This document shows positions 56,620 through 64,000 of a stretch of DNA of 64,000 nt, piece after piece. The notes beneath the pieces were generated by a model. The model saw only the letters and a program-made list of their open reading frames with translations, made no database searches and was not told the origin of the DNA. The position numbers and the translations under genes are program-made. This DNA comes from Paragordius varius (taxonomy: Eukaryota; Animalia; Nematomorpha), in contig OZ176054.1 of NCBI GenBank assembly GCA_964247055.1, positions 10,478,001-10,542,000 on the forward strand, given 5' to 3'. The number at the start of each line of letters is the position of its first letter. Within the stretch, counting starts at the first letter, position 1.

Positions 56620-58576
56620 CATCTATATTCCGCAAGTTATTTTTCTAAAATATATATTTACCACAACAGATGCAAAATTTATTTATATTATTTTTGCATT
56701 TTCGTACTAGAATTTTAATGGAAAATATTATGGCGACATCACCTGATGAAATTTTGGCTCTGGAGTATTAGTTGTATCGACATGCTCGTTTGAATATTTA
56801 AACATATGTACACGAGGAATGATTGTTATTTTTAAAATAAATACAAATTTAAAAATTTAATTTTGGAAAAATCCTATTGGTGGCCTTAAAATTTTTTTTG
56901 TTTTGACCTATCCATGCCATTAGGTATCAGAAAATGCAAAAAAATGGGGTGGTGCAAAACCTTGTTGAGCAGTGATATAGATTATCAGATCCTACGTAAT
57001 AAGGCCTTTTCAAGTTAAAATTTAAAAATACTTGACCACTTGATATTTAAATTATTTAGACAGTGACCGCCCCTCTCCATATTTACTTCGAGTGAGAAAA
57101 CAGCTCGTTCCCATTTCCTTTTTTTGTAAACATAAAATTTAACTTTTGTTTATTATAAAATATGTTTTTTACTCAATAATACGTTGGAATTATGCGCTCC
57201 ACTTAACAGTCTTAATAGGAATCTTAGTAAATGGGAGATCATAGGGAAATACCTAATTACATATTATATCTAACACTAATGTCATCATTATCCCAATAAA
57301 AAATATTCGATTTATTTATTTCATGGTGATACTTACCACCATATTTTGACAATTTTAATTTTTGACATTTATGATTTTGGTAGAGTCCCTTTCAAATTCC
57401 TAATATGGCATTCTGGTAAAAAATGCGAGAAAACAGTTTTAGTCTATGAGAGAAATGCTAATTTTTTAAGGTAAATTTAAATTATTCTTTAAGCTGATAG
57501 TTGTTTTATTCATAAACAAGAGAAAAACTTTGGAAGGCAAAACTTTATTTTAACAATAATATTACTGTAAAATTAAAAAATTATACGTTTATATTGTTTA
57601 ATGTCATGATAATTACTGTAATTTTGAATAACGCATCATTTTTTATCTTTATTTTAAAAGGAACAATAAAGCTCATCATATGTAAACACAATAAAAATAA
57701 GGAAAAACACACACATTTTATTATAAACAGAAAAACAAAAACAAAACCGACTTATAGTTTTTCATTCACTTTTTCATTTTGATAATTTTTGTTTTTGCAC
57801 ATTATTCGATATTTCTTTATTCCTTATTAATCTTTCCGCAAATCTATAATTATCTAAATCACACACAAAAATCAAATATTTAGTTTATTAAAAGTAATTT
57901 ATTTTTAATGGCTTTCCCCAAATTCTTGAAAGTTTAATTTTAAATAATATACACATCCTATATTATCGGCAGCGATTTTGCCAAGCAATCATTCAATTGG
58001 TGCTTTCAAAATTTGTGTCTGCCCAAAATTTTCTTTTAACAGAAAAAAAATCATAAACCCACAACAATTCTATATTCAATTATTCACGACTTTTCAGGTA
58101 TGCTTATTGTAAAATCTATATCTGAAACTATGTACTTATAATTACAAAGTAAATCCATTTTTTGGAAATGACGCACGTTTTTTTTCATATTACATGTAAT
58201 ACAATATGAGTAGGTGGAGAGGTTCCTTTCTTTTCTTTGTACATATATAAAAAATATTAATAAATTGTTTTTTCATAAATGTATTTATACAAAATTACTT
58301 AATGTTAACTGGTTGCACACATTTGCGTCATACAAAATATGTAATTACAAAATATCTAGGACTTATTACTAATTCCCTGGAATTAAAAATTTTGTCATTC
58401 TTAATTACATATATGTTTATTAACTGTATTCTTTAGTTTTGATCGGCAAAATTTATGTAGTTTGTTGCGTAAAATTAACTGAACAAATTTATGTTAAATT
58501 ATAGAAAAAAAGTTGTTAATGCAACAATCTGTTGTTTGGTTATCATACGCCATAGTAAAATAATACGTTTTAATTT

Positions 58577-58580
<4 letters not shown>

Positions 58581-58608
<28 letters not shown>
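58581..58608. repeat. (TA)14 microsatellite
   Basis: Direct reading of the sequence. Confidence 0.97.
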
Positions 58609-58613
<5 letters not shown>

Positions 58614-60631
58614 GTTTTAAATTGGGTATTTATATGTATTAAAACTATTGTTAAGTAAGATATAAATAGTTTTCCCCCTTTTTACCTTTTTATTTTATGT
58701 TAAAACTAACTTTCTACGTACTATCTAATTTATCATTTTATACTAATTGATTTCTACCTTATATTCCAAATTTATTATTTAAAATTGATTAAAATTAATT
58801 ATTATAATGTTTAAATTTTAATTATATTTTTTTATATTACCTATTAACAAGGGTAGATGGACATTTCGATTCAAATTACACATATATGTAATATAAATAA
58901 ATTAGATATTTTTTTGAACCATTTGCGCGGAGGCGTTTTTTATCTCTACAGGCTAGGCTTCTTCTTTCTCTATTAGTACACAATTTCACAACTAATAATT
59001 TTTTTTGCGCTCTAAAAAATTAATTAATTTTGCACACAAATACTACTACACTATTGAGAATATTATCACTCTGCATTCATTATCTTTACAATTTTTTATT
59101 TGTTTAGATGCCTCCTTCGTTGTTCCTTTTCAATGTCTCTTATCAAATTAGAACTAAAAAAATTTTTAGTAGTAATTTATAATATAATTTTTACACCTGA
59201 TTAAATTTTTATTTCTAAAGAATCCTGCTACATATCTAAATCATCAACTAGAATATAAATTTTGCACATCTATCAGAACTCTGGACAAGCAAGTTTTCTT
59301 ATGCATATTTTTTTCTAAAATATTTCTTAAATCATTTACATAAATCATGCTAATAAAATTACAATTTTATAGAGATGAGATTCGTGACCCATTTTTGTTA
59401 AGCCGGAGATATAATGAAATTTTGACTTGTACACCGTTTTGATTTTGAGCTCTTTTGAAAGTATAATTTAGACTTTGTAGAGCCCATTGTATATGTATAA
59501 AAATATCTAACTATTTTATGATTCCGAAAGCCATAAAATATATTTTTTAAATTCTTCATTAGGTTTTTTAGGGTTATTTCTTTTTACAACTATTACTGTG
59601 GAAAACTTGCTTAATTTTACATACATCATAATTTTCAAAAAAAAAACATTTTTTTTCGATCCCACAATCTTTCATAACTGTATTTGCTGGCATATAAAAC
59701 ATTAACCATACAAATGTTATCATATTATAAAGCATATATCATTCATATTTTATTTGATATTTAAAGTCTGTGTACTGTTACTGTTCAATATATTTTCATA
59801 AACCACACATTTGTTTTATACAAATTTATTTAGCCACATATATATATATAGTATGTGCTTGGAAAAATATTTCATTTTTTATATACATAGTTAAAAAATC
59901 GGTTTTTCAAATTTTGAAAACACAGTTTAGTTTCTCAAACATTTCGTTACATTGGTTTCTGTTAAAATTTTTTTTTATATAATATTACTGTTTAGCTAAT
60001 TTTTACATTAGATTTTTGCATAGTTTGTGCGATGATTGATGATTTCACATTAAATATTATGCGTTTTGTACACACACTAAAGAGAAGTTTTACTGCTTAC
60101 TAAAGTTTTTAAATTGGTGAATACGAAATAAAATATGAAAAAAACTTATATAATTCTCCATTCACCAATTAATACACCCTTAAAACCAATATCAATCATA
60201 TTATGTTTAATAAAGTTTTTGAGGTTTTTCCCATATTTATGATTATAATGGCATTAATGACGCTCTGTTTTTTTATGGAACTTTAACTTTAACTTATCAA
60301 GCGAAATATTAAATCATTTTACAAATTACAAACGCATAAATATTAAATTAACTTTAACTTAAATATTTTGTTTTATTAAAAGCCATATAGATTATGAGAG
60401 CATACAATAAAACGAGACTTATTATTGGCTATTTCGATGATCTTTTAATTGAGTATAAGGGGGTTTAATTTGCATGTCTGGTGCCATGTATGAAATTTTT
60501 CCTTTATTTTTGAAAATTATGATATTAGTGTTCATGAAATATGAAAATAAAATCTTTTTCAATTTCCAGTGGTGTAAGGTAAGAATCGATAAACGATTGA
60601 AATTAACCCGTTTCCCCATAATTTAACATTA

Positions 60632-60845
60632 CAGTAACATAAACAAATGTATGTTATAAATTTTTTTATGAAAAGTTAAAAAAAAGAAAAGAATAGCACA
60701 TGGTTAAAAAATTGTGTAAGTAGAAACAACAGAAAACATTTATTAAGGGTCGTACATGGTGTAATTACTAGAAAAAAATGTGTTTTTTTACTAAATTTGA
60801 AAAAAACAAGATGTATGGTAATTTTCCTATGAGTTATTTTTTATA
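60632..60845. repeat. Left terminal inverted repeat (214 bp)
   Basis: Reverse complement of 62628-62841 with no mismatch found on manual comparison, including homopolymer lengths. Confidence 0.95.
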
Positions 60846-61190
60846 CTGCCACACTAGATTGAACTAAAAAATTTATATAAATATTTAAATTTAACTTAAA
60901 CAGTGTATGGCAAACAATTGAAATACATTTTTTCGCTTGCTTAATTGATTTAACACTAATTTTTATGCCATTTCTTCTTCTAGTTACTAAATTATAAAAC
61001 AATGTTTAGTATGTTTATGTTTTAGGTTTATGTAATAATGGGAGATATAAACAATCAATAAGTAAGGGTATAAATGTTAATTTATTAATAATTATACGAG
61101 TAAATCACAAAATATCAATCATAACACGGTGCAAAACATATTTGGAACAATATTGCCGTATAAAGACGTTAAGTGAGGAAAACAAAAATA

Positions 61191-62599
61191 TCAAAAAAAA
61201 CCATGTTTATAATTGTTTTCATTATCCAATTTTTTTTTCAAAAGTGCTACGTTTAACAAAATTGATTTAGAAAATTCAAAATATTTCTTTAACGATTTTG
61301 TTTTGCGTTCCTCACACAAGCGCCTTATTCGGCAATATTGTTCTAAATTTGTTTTGCACCGTGGTGCTTTGTTATAATGATGTTTTATTTCATGGAAAAA
61401 ACATTCAATTGGATTTAATTGGGGGGAGTAGGGAGGTAAAAACACCAACCTATCCCTTAGGTTTCCAAGCACCGACGCCTTGTGAATCGGTGCGTTATCG
61501 CAGACGATAACAGACTCTTCGGGTAACATGGGCATGGTCGCTTCCAAAAAATTTTTAAACGAGTCCCCCTTAAAGGAACCCGTTTTGATGTCAAAATTTA
61601 TGACACCATCACATCCTATCATACATAGGAGTGATACATTTTGTCCTATATAATATATTTTCATTATACCTCTTTGGAACCCCTCCACAACCGGAAACTG
61701 ACCGGATGGGGCATATCCATAAATATTCTTTGGTTGAAGGGAAAATCCCGCTTCATCCAAGAAGAATATCTTTTCATCGGGTTTGAGGCGCATTCGAAGC
61801 GCATAATCATATCTTTTTTGTATAACCTCAAAAGAATTTCTCTCTCTCGGTTCCAAAATACACCTTTTACGGGTGATTTTCAATTTTTTTAAAATTTTGC
61901 GTATTGTTGGTTTCGAAACTTTGAGGGAATCCGGTAATTGTGAAATTACCTCATCAAACGTAATTTCGCAAGAGTTTTTGTATATCTTTTCAACCAGTTC
62001 AATCAAAGCTGGATTATCCAGCTTTGATTTCCTTCCTGTTTTTTGGGGTTTCGTTTCGATGCCCAAAACCATCTCTCGCCTAAATTTGTTGATGGCTGGA
62101 ATAGACATATCCAATTTATCAACAAATTCCCGAGATGGTTTTTCGTTTTCAAATGGATTCGAAAATATTTTGTATGCCTTTTTAATTTTCTCTTCTGTCC
62201 AAAAATGATAATCTTTATATTAAAGAGAAATATACTTCTTTTAACTGGAATATCATTACTAGGAGTTTCATCTGCTACCGTATTATTTAAAATACCTAAA
62301 AATTATAAAAAAAATAACCCAAGGAGTCGTTATATGAATCTTGAGGACCATCATTAGCATTTGAGCAAACACTAAAATTTGATTCTTCTGAAATTACGTT
62401 ATAATCATTATTATGATTGCTGATATCCTCACAGAAATCATAAATATTGGGTTCATGAATAGTTGGTTCTGGATCTTAACATTGATTATAATTATGTACC
62501 CTGTGCTATAACTGAATCAGGAAGAATTGCTGGTGAAGGTGGGCTTTCATTATTATCAAGATTGTCCAATACGTTAATTCCTTGTAAAATACTATCCAT
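61191..62599 (-). CDS. DDE transposase (IS630/Tc1-like, DD30E), predicted 437 aa, 5 exons: 62599-62500, 62474-62319, 62295-62236, 62212-61670, 61645-61191
   Basis: Catalytic motifs FFLDEAGF, IVCDNAPIHK and FLPPYSPQLNPIE, preceded by an HTH-like region (VSKPTIRKILKKLKITRKR). The 307-aa track ORF starts at an internal TTG, and the frame stays open upstream to 62212. Four GT-AG introns link it in frame to the ATG at 62599, 29 bp inside the TIR (MDSILQG...AQ^DPEPT...SL^GILNN...KR^NYHFWTEEKIKKA...QR^GQNVSLL). The transposase call is firm; the exon model is inferred. Confidence 0.9.
61646..61669 (-). other. Putative 24-nt (3n, stop-free) intron 4
   Basis: GTATAATGAAAATATATTATATAG; removal turns QRGIMKIYYIGQNVSLL into QRGQNVSLL, fitting the usual RG.N.S motif of IS630/DDE_3 transposases. 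Confidence 0.75.
62213..62235 (-). other. Putative 23-nt intron 3
   Basis: GTATATTTCTCTTTAATATAAAG; removes the TAA at 62222-62220 and yields KRNYHFWTEEKIKKA at the start of the DNA-binding domain. Confidence 0.8.
62296..62318 (-). other. Putative 23-nt intron 2
   Basis: GTTATTTTTTTTATAATTTTTAG; phase 1; joins two stop-free frames. Confidence 0.8.
62475..62499 (-). other. Putative 25-nt intron 1
   Basis: GTACATAATTATAATCAATGTTAAG; contains the TAA that closes the 62492-62695 track ORF; phase 1. Confidence 0.78.
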
Positions 62600-62627
62600 T
62601 TTATAAGTGGGATATTTTTGCAAAAAA

Positions 62628-62841
62628 TATAAAAAATAACTCATAGGAAAATTACCATACATCTTGTTTTTTTCAAATTTAGTAAAAAAACACATTTTTT
62701 TCTAGTAATTACACCATGTACGACCCTTAATAAATGTTTTCTGTTGTTTCTACTTACACAATTTTTTAACCATGTGCTATTCTTTTCTTTTTTTTAACTT
62801 TTCATAAAAAAATTTATAACATACATTTGTTTATGTTACTG
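62628..62841. repeat. Right terminal inverted repeat (214 bp)
   Basis: Reverse complement of 60632-60845. Confidence 0.95.
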
Positions 62842-64000
62842 TATGTTATTTAGACTTATTATATTAAAATGTGGAATGTATGGTTGAGAAAACTTATTAT
62901 TTAAATGGTTGATGATCATAAAATGAAGGCCAACTATTTCCTTTGTCATTTTTTGTAGCGCAAAAAGTTCGATATGAGACTTTTTAATTATTATAGATCA
63001 TTGCAAATAACTGACCGTTTAATTTTAATCTTTCTTATCAGTTCAATTTAAATATTTTTAATACCTTGTAAATAGTATGTATGGATGATGTTTTTTGCAA
63101 ATTTGGTATTTATATATTTACATAAACCTGAAACGAAGTTTTTTTAATCAATCATCCAAATGGTATTTACACATTTTAATGGTAGATATAGTGTTATTTG
63201 TGTATATGGTAAATGATGTAAGGTATATTGTGCTGAGTTAACATAAATTTTCGAGTTTTAAATAGTAAATTACCAATATATTTATTTTAAACAAAAATAT
63301 TTTTTTAATGAAACATTTCGATGAATATATGATACTACAATGAATTTTTTATGGGTCTGTTATATTTGTTAAGGAATGAATCCAAAACAATCCTAGCCTG
63401 GTAATAATACATATAATAATTATATAATAGCTAAAAATAAATTTTATTTTTTTTGGAAGTAATAATAGGTTGACAAAAACCATATTTTTGCATTTTTTAA
63501 GTTTTTTTAAATCATTAGTAATATATAAAGCAACTGGCAGTTTCTTTATAAAAATTTATTATGCAATCAATATTGTTTTGGGCAAAATTGCAAATAGGGG
63601 AAAGGCTGATTAAGCCATAGTGATTTTGCTTATCATATTTAATAAAATTAGGATTTTAGGGAAGTCCTTATTTTCAATTTAAATAGAATAAACTAAAAAT
63701 TGTCTCTCTCTTTTTATGTGACAAAAATGCGACATATATTTTACATATTTAGATACGAACAACTTACATACTTACATTATGTTTCATGGCAGTGCTATAA
63801 AACATGTATGTATTTAGTATATATATAATATGTAAAATAATGTGTTAAATTTTATCATTTATGCATAAATATAGTTAGTTTTTTATTTATTTATAGTTTT
63901 AGTCTGTTAAGTTAATAGTTAGTTTTTTTGAGGTGACCCTGACTTGTATTAAATATTTATTTCTCTTATAAAATGTATATACATGTTATATCATAAATAT

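Larger units (their letters stand above)
55307..56974 (-). mobile_element. Degenerate, internally deleted Chapaev-like (CMC superfamily) DNA transposon, 1668 bp, 3-bp TSD ATA
   Basis: Termini are ATA|CACTAGTCGACAA... and ...TTGTTGAGCAGTG|ATA (imperfect TIR, CACT at both ends). Removing the element and one ATA exactly restores the satellite B/Helitron sequence CATTTTTATAAATATATAGATT. It contains a transposase C-terminal relic. Confidence 0.8.
54194..56981 (-). mobile_element. Non-autonomous Helitron-like element (~1.1 kb without the nested insertion)
   Basis: On the minus strand the 5' end reads A|TCTATATATTTATAAAAATGG (TC at 56981-56980, restored after removing 55307-56977). The 3' end has a GC-rich hairpin CTCG-G-GCTGC-GTA-GCAGC-A-CGAG, a 7-nt spacer and CTAG|T (54197-54194, T at 54193). 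There is no TIR or TSD and it lies between A and T. This is the canonical Helitron terminal architecture. No Rep/helicase sequence is seen. Confidence 0.8.
60632..62841 (-). mobile_element. Intact IS630/Tc1/mariner-superfamily DNA transposon, 2210 bp, TA TSD, 214-bp TIRs
   Basis: TA|CAGTAACATAAACAAATG... at 60630-60632 and ...CATTTGTTTATGTTACTG|TA at 62841-62843. The TIRs enclose a DDE transposase gene. Confidence 0.96.

Noticed and set aside
58581-58620. TATATATAAAAATG as another Helitron 5' end
   Set aside because: No TC start, no downstream homology and no matching 3' hairpin found.
56492-60619. Short ORFs at 56492, 57594, 59770 and 60422
   Set aside because: F/I/K/Y-rich products typical of random AT-rich DNA with no motifs. 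The one at 56492 is antisense to the Chapaev-like relic.
61191-62114. Bacterial IS630 with a TTG start, as in the ORF track
   Set aside because: The frame is open upstream of the TTG and links by GT-AG introns to an ATG. The 214-bp TIRs, satellite and Helitron context are eukaryotic.
61298-62357. Plus-strand ORFs at 61298, 61641, 61873 and 62043
   Set aside because: Antisense shadows of the transposase.
62492-62695. 67-aa minus ORF as an independent gene
   Set aside because: Its first part is TIR sequence and its second part is exon 1 of the transposase.

Overview
Eukaryotic, AT-rich genomic window with no recognisable host gene. Bases 1-52135 are one head-to-tail satellite array of about 108 monomers. 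The main unit is ~477-480 bp (type A); at 1-5.5 kb it alternates with a ~530 bp type B unit. The 12 kb flank is built largely from DNA transposons. (i) A non-autonomous Helitron-like element on the minus strand (A|TC...hairpin-CTAG|T, 54194-56981) whose 5' part consists of diverged copies of the same satellite unit, so the array appears to be Helitron-derived. (ii) A decayed Chapaev/CMC-like element (55307-56974, CACT..AGTG, 3-bp ATA duplication) nested 7 bp inside that Helitron's 5' end. (iii) An apparently intact IS630/Tc1/mariner element (60632-62841, TA duplication, perfect 214-bp TIRs). Its transposase only reads through as a 437-aa protein if four 23-25 nt GT-AG introns are removed, and it has a short DD30E triad and an acidic ~105-aa N-terminal extension. 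A fifth, 23-nt intron sits in the Chapaev-like relic, pointing to a standard-code host with ultra-short introns. Family assignments rest on motifs recalled from the literature, not on database searches.
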